Source: an uncultured virus (IMG/VR IMGVR_UViG_3300021254_000023) (lineage: Duplodnaviria; Heunggongvirae; Uroviricota; Caudoviricetes). From it: DNA of 64,000 nt. Shown here in pieces: positions 38,181 through 51,300 of this stretch (its first letter is position 1; every line of letters begins with the position of its first letter). The stretch lies in IMG/VR virus record IMGVR_UViG_3300021254_000023; one strand, written 5' to 3'. Below the pieces are notes generated by a model that was given only the letters and a program-made list of their open reading frames with translations, had not been told where the DNA came from and did no database searches. Made by a program: the position numbers and the translations under genes.

Positions 38181-38873
38181 ATGTTCATTATAAATGCTTT
38201 TAAAGATCTTGCGAACTGTTTAATTGCCCTAGAAAAAAACTTAGGGTTTAGGATGTTCGTTAAATACACCCTATACCTGTTGTTAATAGTGGTGGTATTA
38301 AATTATCGCACAGTTGTTAAAGAAGCCGTTGAGTTTGTCGCAGAAATTAACTCGGAAATACACATTGAGAAGATGAAGCTACAAGACAGTTACTATAGAG
38401 ATCTGACCCCACTTCTAGCTGAGTTTAGAGCCGAAGTTGGTGCAGATCGAGTAATGTATTTTGAGTTTCATAACTCTGTTGAGACATTAGAAGGACTTCC
38501 TTTCAAGTTTTTTGACTTAGTTAAGTGTGTTCCTGCATATGGTATCCCTGAAGTACAGGGAGATGTATACAAGAATGTAAATGCTGCTATGTATTCTGAG
38601 CTGTTTTTTGACATAAATAATGGTAAAATTTTAACTTGTCATGGAGTCTACGATAAAAGTTTTAATACAACTTATCGAGGGATTTATAAACTAATTAATG
38701 AGTCAGACCACACAGAACAGATGGTTATTTTTAGTGTCCCTGGTATACGCAGACCGATCGGTTTCATTATATTAGAGTGGATGGATCATACAGAGGATAT
38801 TAATGTAGATCCTAAAGTTATAAATAAGTTTCTCCCAAGAATAAATGCTATCTCGGCACATGTTCGAAATTGA
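38181..38873 (+). CDS. Putative T4 gpT-like holin (single TM plus GAF-like domain)
   Basis: N-terminal TM 'YTLYLLLIVVVLNY', then 'GADRVMYFEFHNS...PIGFIILEW'. Confidence 0.55.
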   Translation: MFIINAFKDLANCLIALEKNLGFRMFVKYTLYLLLIVVVLNYRTVVKEAVEFVAEINSEIHIEKMKLQDSYYRDLTPLLAEFRAEVGADRVMYFEFHNSVETLEGLPFKFFDLVKCVPAYGIPEVQGDVYKNVNAAMYSELFFDINNGKILTCHGVYDKSFNTTYRGIYKLINESDHTEQMVIFSVPGIRRPIGFIILEWMDHTEDINVDPKVINKFLPRINAISAHVRN

Positions 38874-38916
38874 TATTTTGCGTTCAGGAAGACACTAATA
38901 CCTAATAGGTGTAAAG

Positions 38917-38987
38917 CGGAAAGAATATTTTTTGAGATATAAATAATTTTGGTTGTTTGGTTTTTATTGATGAAGGTATTCTTTCCG
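38917..38987 (+). promoter_or_regulatory. Long intergenic stem-loop upstream of the appendage gene block
   Basis: CGGAAAGAATATTTT pairs with AAGGTATTCTTTCCG; followed by TTTCTTT. Confidence 0.5.
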
Positions 38988-39010
38988 TTTCTTTAACTAT
39001 TAATAAATTT

Positions 39011-40555
39011 ATGGCAACAAACAAGAAAGCAAAAATACAGATAACCCGAGGGGCACATATCGAAGTTAGTAGAGACATTGCTTACTTGAATCTTACCAGA
39101 AATCATAGATTTTCAAAAGGTGAGATAGTAATGATGCAGTACTATAAGCAACCTGATGTTCGAACCGATGTCAGTGTTCTTATGGCTATTGGTGTAGGGG
39201 AAGGTACTGGTGAAGAATTTTTCCGAATCATAGAGGCAGGTGCTCAAGTACCTGTTAGAAAAGTAGCAATTGGAAATGAAAATCTCCCAGATACCTCACT
39301 TCTTGAGCACGGCGAGATTTATGTCTGGTATGGCGATGCTGACCTAAGGGATGATGAAGAAGAATTTGCTTGGTACTACGTTGACCGTCCAGAAACTTCT
39401 CGTAGAATTCGAAGAATTACAGAAGGCCCTTTCATATTTCTTGACTTAGAGACCGGCTATAGGTGGTTCTATAAAGATCAAGAATGTAAGAGAGAGGATG
39501 ACTTCTTTACAGTAGAGACTATTGAGGCTATGATGCAGCTCTTGATAGATTCTAAACCAACTATTACAGTTAAAGCATCTAACAATAGTAGTCTCTTATT
39601 TGAAGTTGGTGATGTCAAGAATATTACTCTTGATATTAACGTAAAGGATGTTCTTGGAAAAGACATTACGAGCAAGTGTTTGTATTTCTATGACGGAGAA
39701 GAGATCTTTCTTGATAGAAATGGCCGATACACGGTCACTAATATCAATAAAGATACGACGATTAAGATTGAAGCTCGTCAACCTATTACCAAGAACGTAT
39801 TTGTTCCCGTTACAGGACAAGTTGCTGTTAAGTTTGGTCATTTCTTCTATTTTGGGCGTGTTCCAGGGAACTGGCATCCAGCAGATGGCGGAGAAATTTC
39901 TAGACTTGAATATAAGAAGCTTCACTATAAAGCAGATTTTACTTGGGAAAGAATTAAACTAACTGGACAGAAGATAGCTTTTGCTTATCCTAAACTTTAT
40001 GGTGACTTATCTCATATCTTTGATGATCATGGACTCGATTATTTGAGAACTTATGATCATTATGAAGAAAACTATTTTATTAATGACATTGAATATACCG
40101 TTTACATCAAAAAAGATGTAGTCGATATCGATGGTCTTAAACAAAAATTTGTATTCATTGAGCCTGATGAACTGGACCTAGAAAGTGCTACCATGCTTGA
40201 TATTATTACGGCTTGGAAAATTAGAAATACAACTAGTGGTTTTGTTCAGCTTGATGAAAATGGTAAAATCCCAGAAGGACTTTATAACCTAAATGCTGCG
40301 TCATCTTTTATTCCCTTAGCAGGAATTGTTGATGACTATCCAGAATCAGACATGGTTCGCGATGAGTTGTACTATGTCACGAGTACTGGTAAACTTTATA
40401 AAGCGACTTCTGATACACAGGGAAGTATTGAGGATGTTAATCCTGGGTTTATCTACACTTATCAGAATAATTTCTATACATGGACTGGACTATCATTAAG
40501 ACCTTTTGGTAGACTCTTAACTCGTGATATAGAAGATATAACAGAAATATTTTAA
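39011..40555 (+). CDS. Tail appendage/structural protein
   Basis: ATG at 39011 preferred. Shares the 'FAYP..YG.LS.I.D..GL.YL' domain with 55204 and an N-terminal module with 58509. Confidence 0.55.
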   Translation: MATNKKAKIQITRGAHIEVSRDIAYLNLTRNHRFSKGEIVMMQYYKQPDVRTDVSVLMAIGVGEGTGEEFFRIIEAGAQVPVRKVAIGNENLPDTSLLEHGEIYVWYGDADLRDDEEEFAWYYVDRPETSRRIRRITEGPFIFLDLETGYRWFYKDQECKREDDFFTVETIEAMMQLLIDSKPTITVKASNNSSLLFEVGDVKNITLDINVKDVLGKDITSKCLYFYDGEEIFLDRNGRYTVTNINKDTTIKIEARQPITKNVFVPVTGQVAVKFGHFFYFGRVPGNWHPADGGEISRLEYKKLHYKADFTWERIKLTGQKIAFAYPKLYGDLSHIFDDHGLDYLRTYDHYEENYFINDIEYTVYIKKDVVDIDGLKQKFVFIEPDELDLESATMLDIITAWKIRNTTSGFVQLDENGKIPEGLYNLNAASSFIPLAGIVDDYPESDMVRDELYYVTSTGKLYKATSDTQGSIEDVNPGFIYTYQNNFYTWTGLSLRPFGRLLTRDIEDITEIF

Positions 40556-40562
40556 CTGAGAA

Positions 40563-43500
40563 ATGGCAGAAATTAAAGGTACTAACCTAGCTGCGCCGAT
40601 AGTTCCGTTTACAGATCAAGATGTCTATGCTACCCACGAAGCTAAGTATGGTAAGGGCGGTTATAGAACAGTACAAAACATGACTGAGCTTAGGGCAATT
40701 CCTACCCCTCGATTAGAAGAGGGCATGCTCGCTTATGTTATAGAAGATGAAACTGGTGTTCATACTTACCAGTATCTTGGCGGAAAATGGGTTCGTAACA
40801 GAATTGGCAATGGTATTCCTATTTATACCCAGGAACTTATCGAAGACTTAGGAATTAACCCTAAGGAGGATGAATACATCTCTATCCCAAGTCTTGATAC
40901 TGATCTTGATGGGGAAGTAGAAAATAAAACTTATACAACTACAGAGAATGGTACATATGTAGATGTTTTATTTAAAGCCATACGTTCTTTACAGTCAGAA
41001 GTAGCTAGATTAAAGAATTCATTCATCTATGGAATAGAATCCTATACTGGCAAAGTAACCGCTATGTCTAGGATTGAAGGTGATTATGACATTGATGTAG
41101 AGGAAGAGCCTCTTTGGGCAATTGATGAGGATGGTCTTAGCCAGCTTGGTGATGATATTACTCTCGGTCCGGGTGGTGAAGCGGACTTTGACCCATCAGA
41201 TAACGTAACTGCAACTGTAGACGAAGGCGACTCTTATGATTCGTTCCTAACTTTTACAAACAGTGCTCTTTGGACTGTAAAGGATTCAGTGGGAACTGGA
41301 AGAAGCTCTCAAATCTATAATTGCACGGACAATAAGATATTCCTATACTTCACTACTAATGCAACTAAAATAAAACTTAACCTTGATGGTTATGTAGAAG
41401 ATATAACAAAAGTTGATGATGATATTACTCCTCTTGAACTTGACTTAAATAAAATTCAATTATCTAGAGCATCATCTCGTGGATTTTATAATATACTTGT
41501 TATAATATCTAGAAATCAGAAGCTGACCAAAACAGATTCTGCTGGCCTTCCAGTTTATAGCTGGACTAGTGGCCAGAATTTTATTTGGATATCTATAGGC
41601 GATCCACATACAGATCAAACCCTAGCAGAAGGTTATTGGAGCGGCGATAAGCTCTTTACATCTAAAACTACTCTTGATAAGAGATATACATTAGCAGGGG
41701 TTATATTTACGGATCTAACTCTAAGTAAATTCAATATTTATTCTAAGTGGCAAGATTTTAGTCGTGAGATTACAGGTTCTAAGCCCAGTGAAGAGGATTA
41801 TAAATTTAAAGCTGCCCATATTACGATTAGGTCAGTAGATAAACAGGCTGACCTGGTGAGCGTAAAAGATCAGATCATGAATAATGAGCTTATCTGGGTA
41901 GAGGAGACAAATCGACTTTGGATTAAAACAAAAAACGCCCTTACCATAATTGGTGGTGGCAATAATGACGATATTGACGATACAGGTATGACACAAGAAG
42001 AAATGATTGCCGCGTTGAGAGATATGGGTATTGTCCAAGAGACTAACGGTGACCTTAAGTTATCTAATCTCGCTGTTGACGATATTACCTTTATTCATCA
42101 AGCGTCTGGCCGTCGCTTTAAGTTTGACATTGACGAGTCTGGTGAACTCCATAGTCAGGAGATTGGAAAAGACTCCGACACATTTGCTAATAGAATTGGT
42201 ACCGGTTCAAGTGCACGTACTCTTACAAAGAACGTTCGTGGTTTTATTGGCCAACTGAATGTTGTTGAAAAGAATCTTACCGCCACTAAAGATATTAAGC
42301 TTGATAGTGACCGCTTGAAGATTGGATCATTCTATGCTCCCCTTAGTACGGATATTGTTCATGGTTGTTCTCACTCTTTCATTGAGCTTGAGAATACGTC
42401 AGACCGTGACTACGCATTGGAGGGATGTTACTTGCATTTGACGCGTCCTGATTCCGCTGGTAATCAGAAGGTATATCACCTAGCTCTAACTGGTGTTATT
42501 CCTGCTGGTGGTACCTATCTAGTGAGGGGCGCTAAACACGCTGAACCTGATGATCCAAACGTATATCTGAAGGTTACAGAATATGACCAGGAATGGTATA
42601 ACTTTGATATTCCCGCAGAACCAAAACTTCTCTCATTTGAGGTTGACATGTCACTGGACTATACTGGCGGTCATAAAGGTTACGGTTTTGCTCTAACTTA
42701 TGGTAATAAGTTCGGAACGAGCGAGGACCCGACTTCCTGGACGGAGCCTTTGAGTGCAACGTATGCCCTCTATGAGGCTTCTAAGTTAGGAGAAACTATT
42801 GGCGGTATTGCTATTACATCTAGTAATAAATCTAAGTTCCCATATAAGATGAATCCATACTTCATTGATGGACTGTACTACAAGTATATGGTAACTAATG
42901 ATGCTGGTACTGGTTTATGGTCTTCAATCGCCGTAGATATTGTTAGCAACTCTATTTATCGTAATACATTTGAGCTTGATCCCGCTAAACAGGCTTTCCA
43001 AGCTTTCACAACGGCAGATAGTTCTCGAGCTAGATGGGCTAATATTGCAAATGATATTCAGGTAGTTGATCTTACTAATGAATTCATTACATTCCCTCAC
43101 AGCGAGGATAAATATGCAATCTCTAATTATACACCGAAAGCATCTTACCAACACCGTAATGTTAGTACTGATAAAACCAAGTTGAGTACGGAAAAACCCA
43201 ACATGGTAACAACTTCATTCGGTATTGATGTATATAGGACACGTACATTTAACTGGATTAGTGTAGGCTACTTTGATGAATTTGTTTGGATCAAGCCTAG
43301 CACGGCAGTAACCTGGTCAAAACGTATTCAGTCCTACATTCCTATAGTAGAAACTAAGCTAGTTGATAAAAGACCAAATAACACTACAGACGCACAGGGT
43401 AATGTGACTGCTTACAACACCATTCTTACATTTAGTGTATCTAATCTTGGTGGCGTAGTAGGTGATTTATCCGAATATACACTGCTCTTGGATGCAGAAC

Positions 43501-45386
43501 ATAATAGTGTTGGCAGTGTCACTGTTAATACAGCTAGTAATGCTTCTTACATAGTTCAGATTAGTGGTCAGGCTACAAATCTCGGAATTGGAGATACATT
43601 CTTCCTCGTACATCCGGACGATGATGTTAATAGTAGTGATTACCCGAAGAAGAAGTTCTTCAGTGGGGACATTACTAACAACATCTATGCTCGTTTGACA
43701 GGTCGATTCCCTGGAGATAATAGTTTCTATTGTTCGCATAAGGTCGTAGCTGATATTGTAGGTGCTGCAGTAGCAAGTCCCACTGAGTATACTTATATTG
43801 TGGGCCGTGCAGATAAGAATGGTAATCCTGATTTGGAACACTGTTCTGATCCTATGAAGTTTACACTTTACCCACAGTCATATACTCCTCGAGTATATCA
43901 GGTAACAGACCAACAGGGTTTCCACTGGATTGAGTATCAGGTTTGGAGTGCGGTTGCTAGTTCATTAAATGAAAAGATTGCCGCAGATCAATCTCGTTCT
44001 CAGATCATTCCTATCTTAGTTAATACAGGTGATATGACCCAAAATGGTACCCGTATTAATGAGTGGTTTGACTATTATCAGGCTGGTCGTTCATTATTCG
44101 ATCACCTTGAGCAGATGAACGTGGTTGGTAATAATGACCTTTGTGGAACTAATCCATTTGTACTTGGAACTGGTGACGATGAAGGAAAATCTAACTCTTT
44201 CTACTTCCATCTCTTCTACTGCTATGAAGTTAATCCTACCCTGTTTACTCCGCTCTTACGCAATCTAACAGGTGCTGCTAAAGCTCCTAAGTACGTTCCT
44301 TCACTTTACTATTTTGATACGGTTTCAGATCGTTTCTTGGCAGTAAATTCAGAATTGACAGAAGAGACTTGTAAGAGTTGGTTTAATTTAGTTTGGAATG
44401 GTAAAACTGTAAATGCTTATACAGGCTATACGATTGACTCTGATCGTGCATACTGTACTGATGGTAAGTTTACATCCATATATACAATGCTTTGGCGTAC
44501 TCTAAATGACGCTAAAACAAATAATAAAGACACTTTGGTTCTTTGCCATGAGATGCCTTTCACTGTAATCACTAATGAGTCGCTTCTTAAAACAGCTGCT
44601 CAGTATTCTCGTAGTATGTCTAATGCTGGAGCACTGGTAGGTTCTCATACTAATCAGATTAGTCCCAACGAGGCTGATACTAGCGAGAATCCAAAGACTG
44701 GTGGTCTATACTGGTTCAGTCGACTCTTAGAGTACTTCAAGGTTCGTCTTGTAATCGGTGGACATAAACATACTTACGCTTGTACTTACCCTGTTCGTGA
44801 GAACTATAACTACATGAAGAACGGTACAAGTACGAGCTCAAGTGGTGGTCCAATGGATATGCCAGAGACCCTACAGGATGATTATGTTAATTTCTATTCT
44901 ATCGGAAGCGGTCAGAACAGTACTAAGTTCCCATACGTTAAACGTGAGGCTATTGGTGATCGCACTGACGAAGGATTCTATCCTGCAACAGTTGTAAATA
45001 CCCTAACTGGTGGTGTAGTTTACTTTATGTGTCAGGCTTCAGGTTATAAATTGACCTCTAATAAAGAATTGCCTTCACAGAATCAGAAATACTCTCGTAT
45101 CCTGCCTAGAACGGCTACTACATACAGTAATGGTACTTACTCTGATAAAGCTAGTGATGAACAGAAGTATCCTATGTTCTCTATTATTGAGCTTTCTAAG
45201 TCTAATAATACTACGAGATATAGAATTCGTCTTGCTCGTGTAACTAATATTATGAAGAAATTTAAGTTTACACAGACGAACTATGAAACGAAAGCTATTA
45301 AGATTCAGTGGCTTAAAGAGAATACAACGGATAACTTTGGTACTTGGCAAGATACCGAGGATTACTTATTCTCAGATCAAATTTAA
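40563..45386 (+). CDS. Giant protein with a lamin-tail-like domain and a purple acid phosphatase-like metallophosphoesterase
   Basis: LTD-like 'SFIELENTS....LEGCYL...L.G.IPAGGTYLVRG'. MPP motifs TDQQ, TGDMT, GNND, CHE, GGHKH. Confidence 0.75.
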   Translation: MAEIKGTNLAAPIVPFTDQDVYATHEAKYGKGGYRTVQNMTELRAIPTPRLEEGMLAYVIEDETGVHTYQYLGGKWVRNRIGNGIPIYTQELIEDLGINPKEDEYISIPSLDTDLDGEVENKTYTTTENGTYVDVLFKAIRSLQSEVARLKNSFIYGIESYTGKVTAMSRIEGDYDIDVEEEPLWAIDEDGLSQLGDDITLGPGGEADFDPSDNVTATVDEGDSYDSFLTFTNSALWTVKDSVGTGRSSQIYNCTDNKIFLYFTTNATKIKLNLDGYVEDITKVDDDITPLELDLNKIQLSRASSRGFYNILVIISRNQKLTKTDSAGLPVYSWTSGQNFIWISIGDPHTDQTLAEGYWSGDKLFTSKTTLDKRYTLAGVIFTDLTLSKFNIYSKWQDFSREITGSKPSEEDYKFKAAHITIRSVDKQADLVSVKDQIMNNELIWVEETNRLWIKTKNALTIIGGGNNDDIDDTGMTQEEMIAALRDMGIVQETNGDLKLSNLAVDDITFIHQASGRRFKFDIDESGELHSQEIGKDSDTFANRIGTGSSARTLTKNVRGFIGQLNVVEKNLTATKDIKLDSDRLKIGSFYAPLSTDIVHGCSHSFIELENTSDRDYALEGCYLHLTRPDSAGNQKVYHLALTGVIPAGGTYLVRGAKHAEPDDPNVYLKVTEYDQEWYNFDIPAEPKLLSFEVDMSLDYTGGHKGYGFALTYGNKFGTSEDPTSWTEPLSATYALYEASKLGETIGGIAITSSNKSKFPYKMNPYFIDGLYYKYMVTNDAGTGLWSSIAVDIVSNSIYRNTFELDPAKQAFQAFTTADSSRARWANIANDIQVVDLTNEFITFPHSEDKYAISNYTPKASYQHRNVSTDKTKLSTEKPNMVTTSFGIDVYRTRTFNWISVGYFDEFVWIKPSTAVTWSKRIQSYIPIVETKLVDKRPNNTTDAQGNVTAYNTILTFSVSNLGGVVGDLSEYTLLLDAEHNSVGSVTVNTASNASYIVQISGQATNLGIGDTFFLVHPDDDVNSSDYPKKKFFSGDITNNIYARLTGRFPGDNSFYCSHKVVADIVGAAVASPTEYTYIVGRADKNGNPDLEHCSDPMKFTLYPQSYTPRVYQVTDQQGFHWIEYQVWSAVASSLNEKIAADQSRSQIIPILVNTGDMTQNGTRINEWFDYYQAGRSLFDHLEQMNVVGNNDLCGTNPFVLGTGDDEGKSNSFYFHLFYCYEVNPTLFTPLLRNLTGAAKAPKYVPSLYYFDTVSDRFLAVNSELTEETCKSWFNLVWNGKTVNAYTGYTIDSDRAYCTDGKFTSIYTMLWRTLNDAKTNNKDTLVLCHEMPFTVITNESLLKTAAQYSRSMSNAGALVGSHTNQISPNEADTSENPKTGGLYWFSRLLEYFKVRLVIGGHKHTYACTYPVRENYNYMKNGTSTSSSGGPMDMPETLQDDYVNFYSIGSGQNSTKFPYVKREAIGDRTDEGFYPATVVNTLTGGVVYFMCQASGYKLTSNKELPSQNQKYSRILPRTATTYSNGTYSDKASDEQKYPMFSIIELSKSNNTTRYRIRLARVTNIMKKFKFTQTNYETKAIKIQWLKENTTDNFGTWQDTEDYLFSDQI

Positions 45387-45395
45387 TAAATATAC

Positions 45396-48300
45396 ATGAA
45401 ACATAACGGACAGAATATTATCTTCGACGAAGATGTTACACTGACCGGCAGTCTCGCAGGCCAAAAGCTCTCTGATATAATCAGAGAGCAGGCCGAAGAG
45501 ATTGAACGTCTTAAGAGTAACCTCAAGTGGATCTACAAATATGGTGGTGTTGGAGGTAGTGGTGGCTCCGGTGGCGGAGGGGGTAGTGCCAGTGGCTATG
45601 TGCTGTTTGCATCCCTCGGTTCTGTCCAAATGAGCAACCAAGGCGTAGCATTCAATGGAGAAGGTAACTATGATCTTTATATCAAAATTACTAGACCTAA
45701 CGGAGCTTCGTTTAGAGTAACCTACTCCTATGAGGTACTAAATAGTAGTGGTGTAAGGACAACGGCTTCGACCACCGTAACACTTGACGTTTCGAGAAAT
45801 TACGAATATTCAACAACTATTAATCTGAACTGTAATGGTCGTATAACAGTTACTGCAGTTGACTCTATTTATAATGAAACAAAAGCCAATTACCTAGATT
45901 ACATTATAGAGTCTTATTCTGTAACAGGCTCTTTGGTAGATGATACTGGTAAAGTCTACGATTCTACTGAGATCTTCACCAGTGAGGCTGCAATACGTGG
46001 TTTAAGATATAGAGTTTCTTATGATATTGCTGTTGAATCTAATGATAACTCTTGCTACTTCGTTTTTAGTAAAGGTAATGAGATTCACACTGCAACGGCT
46101 AGTCTAGAGGGTTCAAGGGGGTATTATGATTTTGATATAAAGGATTTTATTGCCCTTAATGAATCTAACTCAGGTTATTATTCGATCACGGCAACAGTTA
46201 ATCTGAACCTGGTTGGTCAAAGAACGGATCCTATTGTTATGGTAACATCGTTTAACCTTGTTCCACAACAGTTATTCCTTTTAGTTCAGCCAAGTACTGG
46301 CTCTATTTATACGGAACATCACTCTGATTATGATACTAATCCTGATGTTTATAAGTATGGAGCTGGTTTTATCAGCTTTAATGTACGTCCTTACTTGGGT
46401 TCAGAAACTTCGGCTACAGCTGAAATTAAGTATTTTGTAATTGATGCAGAGGGTAATCGTACAAACGACTTTACCGGAACTGGTATTAGTACGAAACTTG
46501 GTTCACAGACAGAAATTTCGATTTATGCTGGAACACCAGGACATTGTCAAATTCATTTTCAGGTAACTTCTTCAGGTACTACGTATCCAACGCCCGGTAC
46601 ACCAGGAACAGTAGATGGTTATGTTGTATATCACTTCTATATTGAAGCCATGAGTGCTAATATTGATTGGTACTCTGATGATATAGCAAGAACCGCTACT
46701 CAAAACTATTGGCGTTTGGCAGAGCATACGAGCTCAATGCAAGCCTTCGAAGATCTGGCTAAGAGCAATATCTATCAGCAAACAGCCAACAAGGGAGATA
46801 TTACATTAAGTAATCTTACTCTTCCTGCCAATATAACTGGTGGTGCTTCATATAATAGTAATATAGCGATCGGCATACAGTTTAATGAGGTTAACTCTGA
46901 GACAGCCCCTATTCTAACTGGTAAGTACAGAGGGACTACAGCACTAGTATTAACCCAGAATTCTGTAACAATCCATAATACTACTTTCCCGTACTTCCTA
47001 CCGAAGATTCGTAATTATAATAAATCTGACAATCAGAATTATCATCTAGTTAATATTATTTCTAGAAAAGTTAATAGAATAGGTAACTTTGATTATTTTG
47101 AAGTAGCTATCTATGTGGATGGAATCCTAGAAGGAGCTTCTCAGACATTTACGTCTCAGGCTCTGATCATAGATCAGCTTATTCTCGGTCAAACTAATTC
47201 TTATATTAACTTACTAGAATCTACATATCTAGTAGCTCCTGAGGTATCTGTTCCTTTGGATAATGATATTTACAGATATTATCTAAAATATAAAAATAGA
47301 ATTATCCTCAGTAACGTAACAGATGATGAGTTAACTCTCCTAACCTACAGTGATAAATTTACTCTTGACGGGAATGATGTATATTGTACATCTTCTGATG
47401 TCATTGAAAATATTGCTAAAGTCTTAGATGTTCCAACTCTCGTACTAACGATGGCTCAGGACTATAAAGCAATTTTGGATGCAGGTTATAATGAGAATGA
47501 TGAGATTGATCCTATCGAGGTTAGTATTCGATATGCTGCCGCTCATGGTAACTTACTGCCCATTGAATTCCCATCAGAATTTATGGGTACGGCATACTTC
47601 ACAATCCAAATTCAAGGTTCGTCTACTAAAACCTATAAGTGTAAAAACTATACGTTAACCTTGAACAACCGTGATGAATCCGAAACTGCTTCTCATTTCG
47701 TTTATTCTCCAAACTACAAGAGTGTATCTGGACTGACTGGAGATGCTGTAAAAGAGGCATACAAGACATTCCTACCAGAGGAGTCGTTTACTCTGAAAGC
47801 CGATGTTGTAGACTCTAGTCACAGTAATAATACCTCTATTGGTAGATTTGTAAATGATGTAACGAAGGATTTTGATACCACATCTTATACGAACTCTCGT
47901 AACAACTTAATGGGTTATACGAAAAACTGTCTTGATGGTTTCCCCTGCGTTGTCTACTTGAGTATTCCTCGTGTAGAAAATGGTATAACTACAACATACT
48001 ATTACTACCAAGGCGTATATAATTTTAACCTTGGCCGTGAGTCTTTCTACAACCTTGGTTATAAGGATGCTTCTGTCTTTTGTGATGCTGCAGGAACTCC
48101 TAAACTGAAGGATGCTGGAACAGGATTCTGTTTCCATCGAGTAGAAAACTCTGAAAACTATTCACTTAAGAACGGTCTAGTTGTAGCTGAAATTCAAGGT
48201 AATAGTCCATATTTCGATTTCTCACAGTGGGATAGCACTATTCTTTACAAGAGCTTAAGTTCTGTATCGAAGGATAATGAAACCTACATGTTTGATGATT

Positions 48301-51300
48301 TCGTAACAGGCTCTGACTTGAACGAAGCAAGTGCAAAGACGATTCTTCAGAACTTCGTTAAGAATGTATCACTAGCTGGTGGTTATCTCTTCAACGAAAT
48401 CAAAAAGAAATTTGGTGATTCTTCTAGTGGCTATGGTTATCGCGATGGATATTCTAGCTTAAATGAACAAGGAAATCCTGCTAACCAGGTTCCTAACTAT
48501 AGAGTTCACATTAAGAAGTCACTATCAGGAGAAACTCAGGTCTTCGATGTTGACCCAAGTGTAACAATAAATGCTGGTGAACTTAACGATCTATCAGCTT
48601 TAATTCTTGGTAGTAATGGTGATGATGGTTTCCTAGATTTCCAATCTCTCAGTGAATACTATACTATCTGTATGGCCTTTGGTCTAGTAGACTCTGTTCA
48701 GAAAAATATGAACCTTAAGAGCTGGAATGCTAATTCTGGATCTGGTCATGCTAAATTCTATACTGCGTTCTATGATATGGATACCTGTCTTGGTATTAAC
48801 AATGCCGGTAAGGATGTATCATATTTTGCATTCAGTGATTATTGGAAATATGACGACAGTAATGTTGACTCAGAAGGCACAGTTACACCAACTTCAGTAA
48901 CTATTTATCGTGATTTTAGCCCTAAAGCATCTAGTGGTTCTGGCGTTAATACGGCGGACTTTTATGATACTCCTAGCTCTTATCTCTTCGCCGTAGCTAA
49001 GTATGCTCGTCTTAGAGCAGCTAATATGTCAATCAACGGTGAAACACTTGGTATAGCTGCAACAGCTTTATTCCCGCAGGAACTATGGGCTAAATGGCGT
49101 GCAGGAGCAACAGACGATAAGGATGCAACGGTCGGCTGTTTGGTTAGTGCCGAACATTTCATGAATAACTATTTCTCGAATAATCTTGGTAAAGTTGGTA
49201 TCCCAATGGTAAACTTGAACTACCGTAATAAGTATTTCATTAAATCTACTAACAAGGATATAAGTCAGACTACAACAGGTTATTCTGCCCTAAACTTTGC
49301 GAAGTTTAATGGTACTCGTATTGCAAAAGCAACAGATTGGTTGGATGGTCGTTTCCATATTTTGGATGCATATTTTAACCTTCCCAAGTCAACGTCGTCT
49401 TTCCAATACTACAATGAGAATGGAAATTACGTGAATGTTCCTATTGCTGGTACAACAGATCAGTTCCTAGGAGAACCTACATATGAATCGTCTGCATATA
49501 ACCTTGCAGATAACTCTGATATTTTTGTACTTCAGGATATATTCGCTGGACAAGGAGGTGTAAACCAAACTGCAGGTGATCTTGATATTAACGTAAAGGC
49601 TAAAGAATATAGCCCACTTATCATTAATACTGCTAACTCAGGTACTCGTTACTTGTTGGGAGGTAATGATAGGAAATATCACATTCGTGTTCCACTATCT
49701 GGTAACCAAACGTATTCATTTTATGGCTCTGGTTCATGGACGGATCTTGATAGTATTAATACCTTTAATTTTACTACCCTCAATGTAAGTACTAAGTACT
49801 TGGAAAATTTGAGTGGCGATAGTACAAGAACAAACATGGTGATAGGTACTATTGACATGCCTTCTTTGAAAAATCTTAGCCTAACATCTCGTACGTATTC
49901 TGGTGAACTTGTAATAACAGGTGAAAAGTATCCTAACTTGGGTTTAGTTAATGTTAGTAACTCTCAGATCAAACTTGATATTCAAAACTCTACATTTACT
50001 AATCTAAATATTAGTAATATGACGACGGAGAAGGTAAGTGTTCTTGGATGTACTAACCTTCAGAATGTTGTGTTTGGTACTGGTGGATCTGGTACAGTTA
50101 GTACGACTATCGATGAACTTCAGATTCAACCTATGTCTGCTAGTCAGCTTAGAAATGGAGTAACTATCAATAATAGTCGTATCAAAAACTTGACAATGGT
50201 TAATACAACCTATACAGGTAATAGAACGAAGTTAGTTATTCAGAATGACGAAGCCCTAACAACTCTTAGTGTACGTGGTATATCTGATGTAGAAGTAATT
50301 GGGTGTCCTAATCTGACAAACTTGTATGTACAAGATCCTGCTACTCCGGTAAGTGGAAATCCTAACGGTGACTACTTAACAACGATTATCGTTAGAAATT
50401 GCGGTACAGTTAATACAGATTTCAGAGTAGGTAGTGCTACTACTACTACTGGTGTTGTTGATTTGACTAATTTTGCTCATTTAAGTGTTGCAGAGTTCCG
50501 TAATATTCCTGGAATGTATGACTGTAGGCTGTCTACTACTAGTACAGTTACTTTGGGTAACAATGCCTTCTCAGATAGTAGTAATATGAGAACCCTTAGT
50601 GGTCAGAAAATTATCCTGAACGGTACAAGTATCTTTAGTAATTGTGGAGCTTTCACAATGAAGACTGAGTCTGGTGCTTGGACTAATATGGAAATTTCTA
50701 ATTCACTCACCTCTCTTAGTAGTATGTTCTCGACAAATGTTGGTTCTGCAATCACATTAGAGGCTGCAAAGAGATTTATAACCAACGTAGTTGGTAGTAA
50801 GGCTTCTCAGATTACTAATATGTCTAATACTTTCCATGGACAAAGTCAAATAGTCTATGGACAAAGTCAATTAGCTGCAGACCTTCGTGGTAGCAGTAAC
50901 TATATTGACTTAAGTGGATTTGTGAATTTGAGTAATGTATCTGGTCTTTTCTCTTGGTCAGGTGTACATGCTATCCACAAAAAGATGGTCGCCTTCGGTA
51001 CAAATGTTAGCGCTATATCCTTTAGTAGGTTCCTATTCTATGGAAATACCTATATGGAAATAGATGCATTGGCTAATATTATCGATAAGATTGATTATTT
51101 GTGGGATAGTAGTCCTGATTATCAAAGATACTTATCAACTCTATATATAGTCGATTCTAATGGTACTGTAAGGACGGATACTATTCCTCTTAAAGAATTC
51201 TTCCATCCTGGAGGAGATAAACATCCAACTAGGTTAGTTGAGTTGTCTCGATTTGAGCTAGCTAAGAGTCAGACCTTCGATATGACGGATGTCTTTAAGA

